From positions 23,374,001 through 23,438,000 of the forward strand of contig OX597827.1 in assembly GCA_951406725.2 (NCBI GenBank): a DNA stretch of 64,000 nucleotides. Direction: 5' to 3'. The position numbers were made by a program, and so were the translations under genes. Position 1 is the first letter of the stretch; each line of letters starts with the position of its first letter. Source of the DNA: Octopus vulgaris. Taxonomy: Eukaryota. Below are positions 1 to 14,101 of the stretch, one piece after another. The notes below the pieces were generated by a model. It saw only the letters and a list, made by a program, of their open reading frames with translations, had not been told where the DNA came from and searched no databases.

Positions 1-120
1 TTCCCCTTTCATCTTTTCAGGATCGATAAAATAGGTACCAGTTGAACACTGGGGTCGATGTAATCGGTTTACGCCCTCCCCAAAAGATGCTGGCCACGTG
101 CCGAAATTAGAAACCATTAT
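1..120 (+). mobile_element. 3' part of SINE family C (Meta-domain-like core)
   Basis: cctttcatcttttcaggatcgataaaataggtaccagttgaacactggggtcgatgtaatc matches the body of the copies at 31786 and 57580. Confidence 0.75.
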
Positions 121-323
121 CTTTTATTATATTTTGTCTTGTTTTAACTTTATTTTATTTTATTTCTTTTCTTCCATCTTCCTCCCTAGCGATCCCTCTA
201 ACGGCGTCACTCTGTTACCTCACTAAAAAGGTTGTGTAAAATACATGCAGTGTATTCTACTGGGACAACAGGAAAAATTGGGATGCCAAAATGTATGCCG
301 AGCAATATATTGTAGATAGGCAC

Positions 324-722
324 AGGCGTGGCTGTGTGGTAAGAAGCTTGCTTCCCAACCACATGGTTCTGGGTTTAGTCCCACTGCGTGGCACCTTGGG
401 CAAGTGTCTTCTACTATAGCCTCGGGCCAACCGAAGCCCTGTGAGTAATAAATATGAGTGTTTATGTGTTTGTGTGTGTGTGTGTGTGTGTTTGTTTGTT
501 TATGTGTTTGTGTGTCTGTATTTGTCCCCCCACTATCGCTTGACAACTGATGCTGGTGTGTTTACGTCCCCGTAATCTAGTGGTTCTGCTTAAGAGACCG
601 ATAGAATAAGTACTAAGCATACAAGGAATAAGTTCTGGGAAGGGGGATCGATTTGTTCGACTAAAGGCGTTGCTCCAGCATGGCCGCAGTCAAATGACAG
701 TAACAACTAAAAGTGTAAAAGA
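324..722 (+). mobile_element. tRNA-derived SINE family A (CORE-like motif, internal TG/TA tract)
   Basis: Head gcgtggctgtgtggtaag...ggtttagtccc; gcaccttgggcaagtg; 3' ccagcatggccgcagtcaaatgac...gtaaaag; about 9 copies in the window. Confidence 0.85.
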
Positions 723-880
723 ACATAGATGCACGTGAACCTAAAGAGTAACATTCGTGAGTGCACAATGGCTCAACAGGTTCTACATTAGATGGGTTAT
801 GTGGGTTATATATTCTCAAATAGCAATGTCATTAACTGTTATATATTGCGTGGCTAAACAGGTAACTGCCTTTAATCCAA

Positions 881-930
881 CAGTGGATGACGAAGTGAAT
901 AGTCACCGAAACATATAGATGTCCCGTGAC
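881..930 (+). ncRNA. Degenerate type I hammerhead-like motif
   Basis: gg-ATGACGA-agtga-atag-tcacc-GAAA-cat-atag-atg-TC-cc; C3 and the first stem II pair are mutated and stem I is weak. Confidence 0.4.
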
Positions 931-1007
931 ACAACCTTTACCTAATATTTTTGTATGTGCCATACTGGGCTTATTTTCCCGCTTAATTTATATGCGGTCA
1001 TAATGTG

Positions 1008-1222
1008 TCGAGCTGACAGTATTGTTAGGGCGCCAGACTAAACGCTTAGCCGTATTTCGTCCGTCTTTACATTCTTCTGAGTTCATTTTCCGCTGACGTC
1101 GACTTTACCTTTCAACTTTTCAGGGTCAATAAGTACCAGTCGCACACGGGGATTGATATAATCGACTAGACACTCACACTCCGCCAAAATTGCAGGCCTT
1201 GTGCTTATAGTAGAAAGGATTT
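1008..1222 (+). mobile_element. SINE family C, diverged monomer
   Basis: gagctgacag...gtatttcgtccgtc...gtcgactttacctttc...gtagaaagga. Confidence 0.75.
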
Positions 1223-1771
1223 ACATGCAGTTTGTGTTATGATGATGATGATGAACGTAGTCGTCGTCGCAGTGAGTGTGACGAAGAGGACGACGAAGAA
1301 GATGGTAGCGGTAGTGGTGGTAGTGGGTTGTGGTGGTCGAAGTAGTGGTTGGTAGTGGTGGTGGTGGTGTTGCTGGCATTGACGATGATAAAGATTATGA
1401 TAATGAAGGTGTTAGTTAAAACAATAATGATATTACAACTACAAATGGTATCACAGTTGCTAATAATGACGGCCAGAGTGATTAATCAGAGATAGAAGGA
1501 CTCTACGCAGTTAGCATCATGCGCCAGCAGTCGCCCTGTAGGTTTGCTTGCTGCAGTCAGATATAAATCGTTTGCGTCTTTTATATTATTAGGTGCATAT
1601 TAGTTTTTTTCATGCGTGGTTTTGCATGTTAATTCTTAGATTGTATTGCGATATGAATGAGGTTTCCATAAAACTAGTACTTCATTCTTTTGCGAGGAAT
1701 TTTCCAAAATATGCATTTCTTATCTAATTTTGTTTTGTAGTGTGATGGTGATAGTGTCCCCCCCCCCATAA

Positions 1772-1905
1772 CTTTGCAGTTCGGCAAAAGAGACCGATAG
1801 AATAAGTACTAGGCTTACAAAGAATACAAATCTTGGGGTCGTTTCGTTCGACTACAGGTGACGCTCCAGCATGGCCGCAGTCAAACGATTGACAAGTAAA
1901 AAGAA
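1772..1905 (+). mobile_element. SINE family A 3' fragment
   Basis: gttcggcaaaagagaccgatagaataagtactagg...ccagcatggccgcagtc. Confidence 0.8.
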
Positions 1906-1959
1906 TACATACATACATACATACATACATACATACATAATACATATATATATATATAG

Positions 1960-2343
1960 TCTTTTACTTGTTTCAGTCATTTGACTGCGGCCATGCTGGA
2001 GCACCGCCTTTAGGCGAGCAAATCGACCTCGGGACTTATTCTTTGTAAGCCCAGTACTTATTCTATCGGTCTCTTTTGCCGAACCGCTAAGTGACAGCGA
2101 CGTAAACACACCAGCATCGGTTGTCAAGCAATGCTAGGGGGACAAACGCAGACACACAAACATACACAAACATATATATAAATAATACATATATACGACG
2201 GCTTCTTTCAGTTTCCGTCTACTAAATCCACTCACAAGGCTTTGGTTGGCCCAAGGCTATAGTAGAAGACACTTGCCCAAGATGCCACGCAGTGGGACTG
2301 AACCCGGAACCATGTGGTTGGTAAGCAAGCTACTTACCACACA

Positions 2344-2346
<3 letters not shown>
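1960..2346 (-). mobile_element. SINE family A, near full length
   Basis: Reverse complement of the 324-722 and 24133-24530 copies. Confidence 0.85.
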
Positions 2347-2385
<39 letters not shown>

Positions 2386-2839
2386 GAAAAAATGAGGCAG
2401 TCAGAATTTTGGATAATTCTTAATCATATATTTTTTTTTATTATTAGCGCTTTCGTTCGTTATTTGTACACCACTTCAAACACTCTAACCCCCCCCCCAC
2501 ACACACACGCACGCATATTTACACACATATACGTGCATATAAATATATATATGAATATATACAAACATGTATATGCATGTGTGTGTGAGACCATGTGTGT
2601 GTTTGAGGTCATTCTTGAGCGCTACTAGTACCATGTAACCCAGTACAACTTGTTGGATGGTCGGGTCATCGGCGACTAAACTGGCGACCCCAACGAGGCT
2701 TGCTTGGTGAGGAGGGTGTTTGCTGGACACCCTGTGGGACAAAAAGTAAAACCCATCAAACGAAATTCCGAGTTCTCAACGGCCATCCAACAAATATGTG
2801 TGTACATATGTATATATTGCTTTTATATAGTTTATTTAT

Positions 2840-3265
2840 AGGATCTTTTCGGTTTGAACGGCAGTTTTTAACATAATTTTTAGGAAACTAAAACATTAAA
2901 AACTTCGTATACTGGTAGAATGTGTTTATAAAACATCTTTTTCTCTTGGCTTTATTGAGAAAATTCTATAGTTTGTAAGATATTTGTTACTGTTTTTCTT
3001 CAATTTCTGCAATTTCAACCAATGAAATACGCCTATAGAGTTAAAAAACATTCTGTGCCGTATGAATATGTCCCCTCGTTTAAGAAACAGATTGGGTTTA
3101 TTTACATTTGTGAAGAAAAAAAAGATACCTTCTCCCCACCCCTAACCCTAACCCTAACCCTAACCCTAAAACAGATTGAAATAGATCGATACTAGGGTCA
3201 TAATTATGGGTGACAATTTCATATGAGACCGCTAGAAAAACTGCCGTTCAAACCGAAAAGATCCT
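2840..3265. mobile_element. Non-autonomous DNA transposon (MITE) with 30-bp TIRs and internal (CCCTAA)5
   Basis: aggatcttttcggtttgaacggcagttttt (2840-2869) is the exact reverse complement of 3236-3265; telomere-type repeats at 3140-3169. Confidence 0.85.
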
Positions 3266-3296
3266 TTATTTCGTCGCTTTGAGACCGCGACCTGTT

Positions 3297-3343
3297 CACT
3301 GACAAAAGTTCGTGCTGCATCTCAGCACGAACTTTTGTCAGTG
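3297..3343. repeat. Perfect 21-bp hairpin with 5-nt loop
   Basis: cactgacaaaagttcgtgctg-catct-cagcacgaacttttgtcagtg. Confidence 0.9.
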
Positions 3344-3997
3344 TTAAGATTTATCTGCAATAAATTAGTTTATACTTCTAATGTACTCAAGATATTTTAA
3401 TAATTTATACAATCCCTAATATTTAATTACAAAAAATATAATTGACTTTTTTAAACATCGAATGGCTATGAGGGTCCACCCGAATAAAACGGGCACCAAA
3501 GGGGTCCAAAGGTCCAAAATGGTCCAGGTTGCAGGTTCGTTCTTTCCGTTCATTTGTTTCACGTAGACGTGGCCTTAGCCTTGATTAATTGCTGATTTTG
3601 ATGTAGAACACTCTCAGTGCAAAAAAAAACAAAAAAACAGAAACTTAGAAAAGGAGGACAAAGAAAATGTGGTGCCAAAAAGAAAAAAAAAAGAGGAGAG
3701 AAAATGAAGGAAAACAGAAAAAAAATGTGCAAATAGTACAGATAGCGGTGGAGGGGAAGAACTAGAGTAAAGGAATATTGGATAAGAAGGGGGTGTAAGG
3801 TGAGATTCGAACGAGTCAACAAGAAATGTCTTTAGATATTAAAAAAAAAGGGGTGGGGAAAGTGTGAGTAGAATAAAGAGAAAGAAATTCCGAAAGGAAA
3901 CAGTTTTTGCACAGATCAGGAGTAACTGGAGCTGACATGAACGGTTCTGTACACACTTTTACACTATCTGCCGTTTACGCCTATGTGTATACGTCGC

Positions 3998-4474
<477 letters not shown>

Positions 4475-5230
4475 CATATTTTAAAACTCTTGATTTGAGG
4501 GTCTTCCTTCGGCTCTGGTTTCTTCTGGTGCAAAAAAAAAAAACGCTTTCCTTTCGAACTCTTTTTTATATACTTTCCCTATACTTGCACCTAACCCGTT
4601 CACCATATGTATGTGGGTGTGTGTGTGTGCGTGTAGCTATATATATGTGTGTGTGTGTGTACGTATGTATATATGTACATGTGCATTATATATATATATG
4701 CTTTTTTTTCTGTTCCGATTGCCTAGTGCACCGCTTCAGATAACATTCTATCTCGTGTATTATTCCCTCCCTCCCTCCCTCTCTCTACATCTCCCGCTCC
4801 CTCCTTCCCTCCCTCACTTCCTCTCTCCATCTCTCCCTCTTATATTCTCTTTCTTTTATTTCTTCCATATTTTTTTCACCCTTTTCCCCATTTCTCTAAT
4901 TTCTTTCTTGCTTTTTTCTTCTCAATTTTTCTTCTTTCCTCTTTCCCTTTAATACTTTCTTCCTCCCTTCTTCTTTTCTCTTCTTTTACTCTCTCATCAA
5001 CTTCAATAACCTTTCTTCTTTTTTCTTCTTTCATTCTTCTTTTTTCTCTCTCTCCGTCATCTTTCCCATTGCTGTTCATATTCTTTTGATAACCCATTTC
5101 TTTCTCTCAATTCTTATTCTTTCTTGTTCTCTCTCTTCCTCCCCCCTCTCTCTCTCTTTCTTTCAAAAATTATTCACCTTTGAAGAAACGAAAGTAGAAA
5201 AAACATGGCCCAATTCTGAACAAAGGACAA

Positions 5231-5273
<43 letters not shown>

Positions 5274-5978
5274 GACACACACACACACACAGATGTGACT
5301 GACTGCCAATCTATTTACGTATCTATCCACCTGTCTATCTATCTTTCTCAGTATTCACACACACACACGCACACGCACGCACACACACACACACATACAC
5401 ACACATACATACACATACACACACTAAAGACACACACAGATGTGACTGACTGCGAATCTATTTACGTATCTATCTACCTGTCTATCTTTCTCAGTATTCA
5501 CACACACACACACACACACTCACGCACAAACACACTTAGACACACATATGTACACATAAAATACTCCACATACACCCACACATGCGCGCACGTGCATACA
5601 AGCATAGAAGCACACGCACTCACGCGCGCGCGCACACATATTGACGGTAGAAGACGTCTTCCTGTACACCTTGACTTTGTTTTCGGTATCTCGCCATTTT
5701 AGGTTATCAATCCTCATGTTTAACTTTTATATTCCTTGAACTTTCCTTCCTCTCTTATTAGTCCTGCAGCATGGAATACTTCTCCCTTATGGATATCTAA
5801 TACACACGCGCACACATGTGTGTGTATCTATCTCTCTGTCTGTCTGTCTCTCTATATATGTGTTTGTGTGTGTGCATCTATATATGTAATTAGATAGCTA
5901 ACGTGATGTATATATACATGCCTTCATACACACAGGTATATATAGATACACACATACGTGTGTGTGTTTGTGTATATA

Positions 5979-6057
<79 letters not shown>

Positions 6058-6059
6058 GT

Positions 6060-6352
6060 AGGCGCAACGGCCCAGTGGTTAGGACAGCGGACTGGCAGTC
6101 GTAGGATCGTGGTTTCGATTCCCAGACCGGGCGTTGTGTGTGTTTATTGAGCGAAAACACCTAAAAAAGCTCCACGAGGCTCCGGCAGGTGGTGGTGATC
6201 CCTGCTGTACACTTTCACCACTATTTCTCTCTTTCTTCTGTTGGCCTGCTCGCTTAGCCAGCAGGATGGCGTCGTTCGAAGGCTAAAACAATGCGAACGC
6301 ATTGTGACCAGCGATGTGTAGCAACATCTGATGGTCTGGTCGGTCACGTGAT

Positions 6353-6360
<8 letters not shown>
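6060..6360 (+). mobile_element. tRNA-derived SINE family B
   Basis: A-box cggcccagtggttagg and B-box ggtttcgattccc; related copies at 6636, 7760, 25817, 51906. Confidence 0.85.
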
Positions 6361-6397
<37 letters not shown>

Positions 6398-6513
6398 CAT
6401 ATGTACATATGTGTGTATCTCTATATGTAATTTGATAGATAGATTAATGTATATATATATATGACTTCATACACACACATATATACATACATAGATTCAT
6501 ACGTGTGTGTGTG

Positions 6514-6558
<45 letters not shown>

Positions 6559-6586
6559 TATGTATGCATATGTATATATGTGTGTG

Positions 6587-6635
<49 letters not shown>

Positions 6636-6637
<2 letters not shown>

Positions 6638-6748
6638 AGGCGCAATGGCCCAGTGGTTAGAGCAGTGGACTCATTTGAAGGCTAAAACAATGCGAAGCGC
6701 ATTGTGACCAGCGATGTGTAGCAACATCTGATAGCCTGGTCGGTCACG

Positions 6749-6753
<5 letters not shown>
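6636..6753 (+). mobile_element. SINE family B, internally deleted
   Basis: Head ggcgcaatggcccagtggttag joined directly to the 3' part tcatttgaaggctaaaacaatgcg. Confidence 0.8.
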
Positions 6754-6846
<93 letters not shown>

Positions 6847-6879
6847 CTTAAGCCGACACTGATCCAATTTTGTGCCGGA

Positions 6880-7272
6880 TGACCCTCAACGTTTAGAGAA
6901 GTTACAAAAACAAACAACCGTGACGGACTGAGAACCCGATGTTGATTGGTCCCCAACATTTGGCGTCCACATAGAAGCTGTCGTTATACATTGTGGAAAT
7001 CGAACTCCTTATTTGGGGACCAAAACTAGCTGCCGAGAGGAAAAGTGTCAATTATTGATAGTTAACCCTATCAAATGATTTTGGTTGACCTCAATTGATC
7101 CAAGCCCCATCCACATCACCTTTTTGACGGATTCTCTCTATGACTGATCGTATGAAGTAGTGATAGTCATGGGAAGATCTGTTCGAGAGCACACACATAT
7201 GTGCGTGATCAATCAGCCGATCGATGACAAGTACCAGCTTCTTCGCTGACATGTTGACTAAAATCTTGAAGT
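6880..7272 (-). pseudogene. L1/Tx1-clade reverse transcriptase fragment
   Basis: FKILVNMSAKKL...NRSSHDY...GAWIN*GQPKSFDRVNYQ*L...FGP follows the YKILAK-GRSIHDN-LDQEKAFDRV-FGP motif order; stops present. Confidence 0.65.
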
Positions 7273-7289
7273 TACATATGTACAGGTGC

Positions 7290-7670
7290 AGGCGTGGCTG
7301 TGTGGGAAAAAGCTTGCTTCTCAACCACATGGTTTCGGGTTGTCCTACTGCGTGACACCATGGGCAAATGTCTACTATTATAGCCTCGGGTCGACCAAAG
7401 CCTTGTGAATGAATTTGGTAGACTGAAACTGAAAGAAGCCTGTCGTATATATGTATATGTTTGTGTGTCTAAGTTTTTCCCCGCAACATCGCTTGACAAC
7501 CGATATTGGTGTGTTTACATCCCCATAACTTAACGGTTCGGCAAAAAGGGGCTGATGGAATAAGTACTAGGCTTACAAAGAATAAGTCCTGGGGTCGATT
7601 TCTTCGAGTAAAGGTACTGCCTCAGCATGGCCGCAGTCAAATGACTGAAACAAGTAAAAGAATAAAAGAA
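7290..7670 (+). mobile_element. SINE family A
   Basis: Colinear with 324-722. Confidence 0.85.
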
Positions 7671-7759
7671 CATACATTATGCAGAGACACAGCGTTATGG
7701 GTCCAAAATAATGTGACCCCTCTTATTCGAATCGTTTTTTAGCAGGGGATTTTCCCGTT

Positions 7760-8061
7760 ATCACCGTGACCGATCAGGCTATCAGATGTTGCTACACATC
7801 GCTTGTCACAATGCGCTTCGCATTGTTTTAGCCTTCAAATGACGCCACCCCGCTGGCTAAGCAAGCAGGCCAACAGAAGAAAGAGTGAGAGAAAGTTGTG
7901 GCGAAAGAGTACAGCAGGGATTGCCACCACCCCCTGCCAGAGTCTCGTGGAGCTTTAGGTGTTTTCACTCAATAAACACTCACAACGCCCAGTCTGGGAA
8001 TCGAAACCACGATCCTACAACCGCGAGTCCGCTGCCCTAACCACTGGGACATTGCGCCTCC
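7760..8061 (-). mobile_element. SINE family B
   Basis: Reverse complement of 6060-6360. Confidence 0.85.
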
Positions 8062-9531
8062 ACATGGAACAATGTAGCATATGAAAATACTGTTCGTTGA
8101 GTAAACGACCTCAATCAAGAGATTTACCATTCACCGCGTGATGACTCATAGCTTCCTGTGTTTCAGGGATTGTCATTGGCGTTTCACAACACTCCGCCTT
8201 TACTGCCGAGAGTTGTGACAAGCCGTCGGGTTAGGCATTGAAGTCTACCTTGCAATTCGGTTTCGCCACACGAAGATAACTGAATGCCTCGGAAAAATTT
8301 GTACACATTCGTTTCAGTTAAGGAAGCACGGAGCTCTTTGTGGTGTACCAAAGACTGAATTCTAGCTTTGTTGCAACGTTGCGCCTTTGCCATCGAACAG
8401 CTTCCTGCGTGTTTTAGAGCACGCGCCTTAACTTCGACAGCGCAAACTCCATGCTTCACGTTGAAAAATTGGTGGTGGCGGCGGTGATGGCGGTGGGATC
8501 GATGATGATTAGTATCGATAGTAAATGGTGCTACTGTTGTTGAGGATAGTGTGGGTGTGTTGCTACTTAAATGCACCAACCAAGTCCGTTCTTTCGAACT
8601 AGCCAGCTTTTTTTCTTCTCCTTTCTATTGAACACACATTTTGTTATTTCGTGTATTCGTGTATTTTGTTATTTCGTGTATTTCATCTTCGTCACATGAC
8701 ATCTGAAGTGAACAGAGGCTAGTCTTGGCTGGTTTTGCTCTAAAGCTGTAGTGGTGGTTCTTTTTGATGTTGACTGAGGACTTCCTTTGCTGTTGTCGGT
8801 GATGTGGAAGCCTGCTTTCAGTTGTCAATCTCTGTTGTTGTTGGCTTTGGGGTTTTCGGTGTTTCCACAATTGAGACGTCTAGTCCTACCGTGTCTTCCA
8901 CTGCCACCTGCAGCAACTACCCCCAAACACGTATTAGAACGGGGATCCTATTCAGCGTCTCAGATTTCACCTGAATCAGCATCTGCAGCCCCATCCCAAC
9001 CCAGTTTTCCAAGGAATCATTTTATTCCTAGTAGAGAGCTAAGGTCCTCCAACACAGCTCATTTTACTATGCACCAAAGATCTAGTTCAGCTGGTGTGTT
9101 TGAATAATGACTCTGCTCGCTCCTTGTCTTAAGTAAATTGGTGTCAGTATAGAGTACGCACTTCTACGTGAGACAGTTGAATGCTTTTGGTCCAGGATCT
9201 CCGAGTGAAAATCCACTTATATGCAACTATATTGGTTGACACGTGTAACAAAGTCCATGTCGCTCCAGTTCAGCTTGTTCTGGGGAGATTCACTCAAACC
9301 TATGTCTCTTCAATGCTATACATCTTTATACCATTGTTCTTTTATCTGTTCACTCGAAGATTTCCTGTGGCATCGCGCCTATACCTTTTCTCGATCGTCT
9401 GTCGATGTATCTTTCTTTTCCTTTAGAGTCTCAATGTTTTTGTTCACTGGGACGAAATCAAATGTTTTTGCAGCACCAGCAAATGAATGACTTTTAATTA
9501 AGTTTCCACTGCTGCACTGTTATCTTTATTG

Positions 9532-9839
9532 TTCAATTCAATTCAATTCAATTTTTATTGGCTCAAAAATCAAAAAGCAAGACAATGTAGGGGGACAGGG
9601 AGTTAAGTACAGGGAGGGTGGTTATACAAAGATTTCAGGCCATTTCTGGTCAAGAGAGATTTTGAACCGAGCGGTCGTCGGCATCTTCACTATCTCGTCC
9701 GGCAGCTTATTCCACGGATCCGCAACTCGGACGGAGAAAACCCCTCTCCTTCGATTGAGATGAAATCGTCGTAGATAGAGCTTTTCGGAGTGACCCCGCA
9801 GCCCACGCTCTGGAGCAGGAGTGAAGAACAGCTCTTTGA
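9532..9839 (-). mobile_element. CR1-like LINE 3' end with (AATTG)n tail
   Basis: LRGHSEKLYLRRFHLNRRRGVFSVRVADPWNKLPDEIV...FKISLDQKW, then a short UTR and tandem tail. Confidence 0.85.
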
Positions 9840-10612
9840 AGAGGTTGTCATTGTTGCTATCATTGATTATCCCTGGTGTAGCAGTAATAGCTTCATTGCT
9901 GCTACAAGGGTGGGAGCGGCGGCAACGGATCCTTCTTCCCCACTTATGATTTTATGGGCAAAGATGACAGCTTCAGTTTTCCTGTCGCTGCTTTGTTTGG
10001 CACATCACCGTTACTGTCGCTCTTGTTCCTATTGTTGTTGATGGTGCTGATATTGTTGTTGTTGTTGTTGTTGTTGATGTGGATACTGGAGCTACTGCTA
10101 CAGTTGCCGATCATTACTATTCTTGTGGTACTGTATGATGGGAGGTGTTGACTTCGAGCGACCATTTCACCTTCAAAATAATTTCCCCATCTTCCTGTCT
10201 TGCTGAATGGCCGACAAGACGGAAATGAAGAAGCTGTTTTAAAATTTTTGTTTGCATTTGAAAAACAAAAATTCTTTATAAAATTTTGCCCATAAGGTAA
10301 ATAAAAAGAGGGCTGATCCTTCTTTCACAGACCTCTTCGTCTTACCAAGATAAAACAATACAATTAACACATGCAACTCTCTAGGAAGAAAAGCAGGACA
10401 CGAAATTACGAAACTTTTAAAATTTAAGCAGCTACGATGATATTAATAATAACTGCTTCACATTTTGGCCCACGGTCAGCAGTTATGGAAAGAAGGCACC
10501 TGTATTTGTCTGGTACTTCATTTTATCGATATCAGCAAGGGTTATCTCGGTGGGGTTTGAACCCACAGCACAGTCGGAATAAATACTGCAAGGCGTTCGA
10601 TCCAGTTTTATC

Positions 10613-10703
<91 letters not shown>

Positions 10704-11140
10704 CCCAATCGATATAAACGTATCTGTCAAGACCTACCAGAAACTGAGCAAATATAAAGATCTGGAAATAGAAATCAGCAAAATGTGGAACCTGAAGACT
10801 AAAACAATACCTGTTGTCATAGGTGCCCTGGGAATGATAGCAAAAGGGGCTGATTGCTACCTAACTCAGATCCAGGAAACCCCAAAATGGCAGAAATTCA
10901 AAAGATACTGCTCATGGGAACTGCTCATATCCTACGCAAAGTACTTTCTTTGTAATCTCAAGTTTTAAAACAAACATAATTTTCGTATGTTTTTTTAGGC
11001 ATTCACTGGTACAACACTAAGTGCAAAACCAAATATATGGCACACTAGGCATAACACCAACATGAACGTCCAACTTGTTGTCTCTTGAGGTCTCTGGGTG
11101 AGACTTGGAGCCAGCTTGTGCAAATGTAAAGTCAAACATA
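10704..11140 (+). mobile_element. R4/Dong-like RLE non-LTR retrotransposon 3' end (family 1)
   Basis: KLSKYKDLEIEISKMWNLKTKTIPVVIGALG...GTAHILRKVL; (AAT)n on both sides. Confidence 0.8.
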
Positions 11141-11148
11141 TAATAATG

Positions 11149-11224
<76 letters not shown>

Positions 11225-11264
11225 TAATAACAATAATAATAATAATAATAACAATAATAATAAT

Positions 11265-12720
11265 CTCCAACGATATTAAGATGTAGTTTGGACTCACAAA
11301 ATATGCTACGATAGTGATGAGACGAGGAAAGCTTGCCAAGACAGAAGGCATATGGTTGCCAAGTGGTGAAATGATGAAGGCAATTCAACCCCATCTAGGT
11401 ATAAATACCTGGGAATACTTGAGGTAGATGGAATCAAATACTAAGACTAAAAGAGAGTACCTGCGGCGAATATAGAAAAATATTGGTCTCAAAGCTGAAT
11501 GCCAGAAACATAATTTCGGCAATAAACTTGGTCGCAATCGCAGTAGTTTGGTATGGCGCTGGAATCCTGAAGTAGGCAGAGAAGGAGTTAAAGGAGACGA
11601 ACAGGAAGTCAAAAACACTCCCAACGATGCATGGAGCCTATCATCTACGTGCAGACATTGATCGCCTATACACTAAAAGCGGAAATGGAAGAAGGGGACT
11701 GATAAGTGTGGAAGACTGCATGCGTATCGAAGTCGAGAGCTTAATGAGAAACCCAGCCCAAAGTAAGAGATACCTAGCCCCCAAAAAACTTGCTAATGAG
11801 AGTTAGGAACGAGGGAGTACTGAGATCAAAGAAAAAAAGGAAAGCGAATACAAAAAGAACATGAAGGAGAATTACACAAGAAGGGATTACACAATCAATT
11901 CCATGTAGCCACAACAGAAGTTGCTGGGAAAAATAGGTAGAATTGGCTGATGAAGGGAATCCTAGAAAAGAGACCGAGAGCACTATACTGGCAGCACAAG
12001 ACCAAGCTTTGGCAACGAACTGGAGGATCAACCTTAGGAATGAACAAGTGTATCCGCTGTATCGCATCTGCAATAGAGTGGATGAAACCATTGTCCATTT
12101 CAGGAACGAATGCCCTAGACTTGCTCAAAACCACTACAAGTTGTGGCGACTCAATCAAGTAGCGAAAGTGCTACAATGGAAACTGTGCGAAAAGTGGGGA
12201 CTAGAGAGAAGCAAGACGTGGTATGAGCACAAGCAGCAGGGAATGGCGGAGTCGGAGACTAGCAGAATCCAAACAGATCAGGTGCTAGAGCAAAACAGAC
12301 CGGACCTAGTGGTGGTGGACAAGGTGCACCACATGCTATATAGTTGACGTTGCATGCGAATAGTCAAGAAAGGTGAAAAGATAGATAGATACAACCCTCT
12401 TAAGTACGAAATAGCCCGGCTATGGAAAATGAAGAAGGTGAAGATAGTGCCAATTATTGTTGGGTCCATGGGATCAGTATCAGAAGGTATCAAGAGAAAT
12501 ATAAAGGAAAGTGAAACAGAGTGGCCAGTAGAACTGTTACAAAAGGTTTGCCTCCTTGAAACGGCCAGAATAATCAGGAAAGTATTAGATAGCTGAAAAG
12601 AACGGATAGCATGGTACCGTAGGCTGCAGGAAGCAAACCCACTACTCATGCAAGACTCCAGGAACTCCAACAAAACCTGTGATAAGAGAAAATAACAATA
12701 ACAATAATAATAACAATAAT
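11265..12720 (+). mobile_element. R4/Dong-like element 3' portion (family 2): degenerate RT end, zinc knuckle, RLE
   Basis: GRRGLISVED, ETESTILAAQDQAL, RICNRVDETIVH...ECPRLA, RPDLVVVDK, VPIIVGSMG, LQKVCLLETARIIRKVLD; (AAT)n tail. Confidence 0.85.
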
Positions 12721-12925
12721 GGTTTGGAATTTTGCCACAAGGGTGGCAATTTAAGGAGAAGGGGATGAGTCGATCCCAGTGCTTCGCTGGTACTTAATTT
12801 ATTGACCCCGAAAGGATGAAAGGTAAAGTTGACCTCGGTGGAATTTGTACCGAGAACGTAGCGACGAACGAAATACCGCTAAGTATTTCGTCTAGCGTAC
12901 TAACTATTCTGCCAGTTCGCCGGCT
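12720..12925 (-). mobile_element. SINE family C
   Basis: gaccccgaaaggatgaaaggtaaagttgacctcgg core. Confidence 0.8.
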
Positions 12926-12951
12926 TGATGATAATAATAATAATAATAATG

Positions 12952-13034
<83 letters not shown>

Positions 13035-13035
<1 letters not shown>

Positions 13036-13410
13036 CTTTCTAATCGATGTATCAATACCAACAGATGACAATGTTTCTCTAAAAGAAACGGAGAAACTTT
13101 CAAAATACAAAAGATGGAAATAGAGGTAACTCGAATGTTGAACCTAAAAACAGAAGCAGTTCCTATCATAATAGGCACATTAGGTAGGATAAACAAATAT
13201 TCAGACAAAAACATAACAAACACCCAGGACTAACAAGTATATACAACATACAGATAATAACGCTACTCGGCACCGCACACATCCTACGTAAAACACTTTC
13301 AATACAGTAAAAATAAGAGCATCACAACAAACCACAGCACATACCCAAGCCACACAGAGCTGCGCTCGGTAGTGCAGTGAAAGCAAGTGATAAAAATAAT
13401 GCAGACTAAT
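13035..13410 (+). mobile_element. R4/Dong-like 3' end (family 3)
   Basis: FLIDVSIPTDDNVSLKETEKLSKYK...VPIIIGTLG...GTAHILRKTL; lies in (AAT)n. Confidence 0.8.
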
Positions 13411-13519
13411 AATAATAATAATGATAACAACAATAATAATGATGATTTCATTTATTTGCCACAAGGGTGAAGGATAAGGGGGACAATACAGTAAGAGACA
13501 CAGTGTGTGGGGTATACAT

Positions 13520-13820
13520 ATAATAATGAAAAAATCAAAATGAGAAGTGTAGAAAATATAGTAAAGTACCAGGACCTAGCTATTGAATTACAGAGACTAT
13601 GGAAAGTGCGGGTAAAATGTATCCCAGTAGTTGTAGGTGCAATGGGAACTATCCGTAAAGATCTGAACAGATGCATAAAACCCAGTTTAGTACAGCTGCT
13701 GAAGACTGTCATTAGGGGCAGCAAGGATACTTAGGGGGTTCTTGGTATCTAAAGTTGTATGTTGTAGCCCGATGTTGGGATTCTTTTATTTTCCAACAGT
13801 CTAACATGTTGAGAGTAATA
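13520..13820 (+). mobile_element. R4/Dong-like 3' end (family 4)
   Basis: KYQDLAIELQRLWKVRVKCIPVVVGAMG; same family as 36397-37590. Confidence 0.8.
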
Positions 13821-13939
13821 GAGTTCTATATTTAAGAGATGAGAAATTATGTACATTATTTACATTATTTACATTTGACGTAGTGGTTAAGCGCGCGGGC
13901 TACTAACCCCAAGATTCCGAGTTCGATTCCAGGCAGTGA

Positions 13940-13990
<51 letters not shown>

Positions 13991-14101
13991 GTAATAATAA
14001 TAATGATAATAATAAGTTATATATTTAAGAGATGAGGAATTACGTACATTATTTACTTTATTTACATTTGACGGATATTTGTCCTCATGTTGTTTGTTGT
14101 T

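Noticed and set aside
3266-3303. Minus-strand gtcgc/gcgac-GAAA stem beside the 21-bp hairpin
   Set aside because: Core reads GTGAACA (two changes) and no stem III or stem I can be drawn
5265-5502. ~155-bp tandem duplication between CA tracts
   Set aside because: Ordinary microsatellite-mediated local duplication
8100-9500. Complex sequence with ORFs 8184-8579 and 8787-9107
   Set aside because: No recognisable protein motif; probably decayed TE, but not assignable
13880-13944. tRNA genes at SINE heads (also 6060, 24133, 25817)
   Set aside because: A and B boxes are present but there is no proper acceptor stem, and each continues into a repeat body
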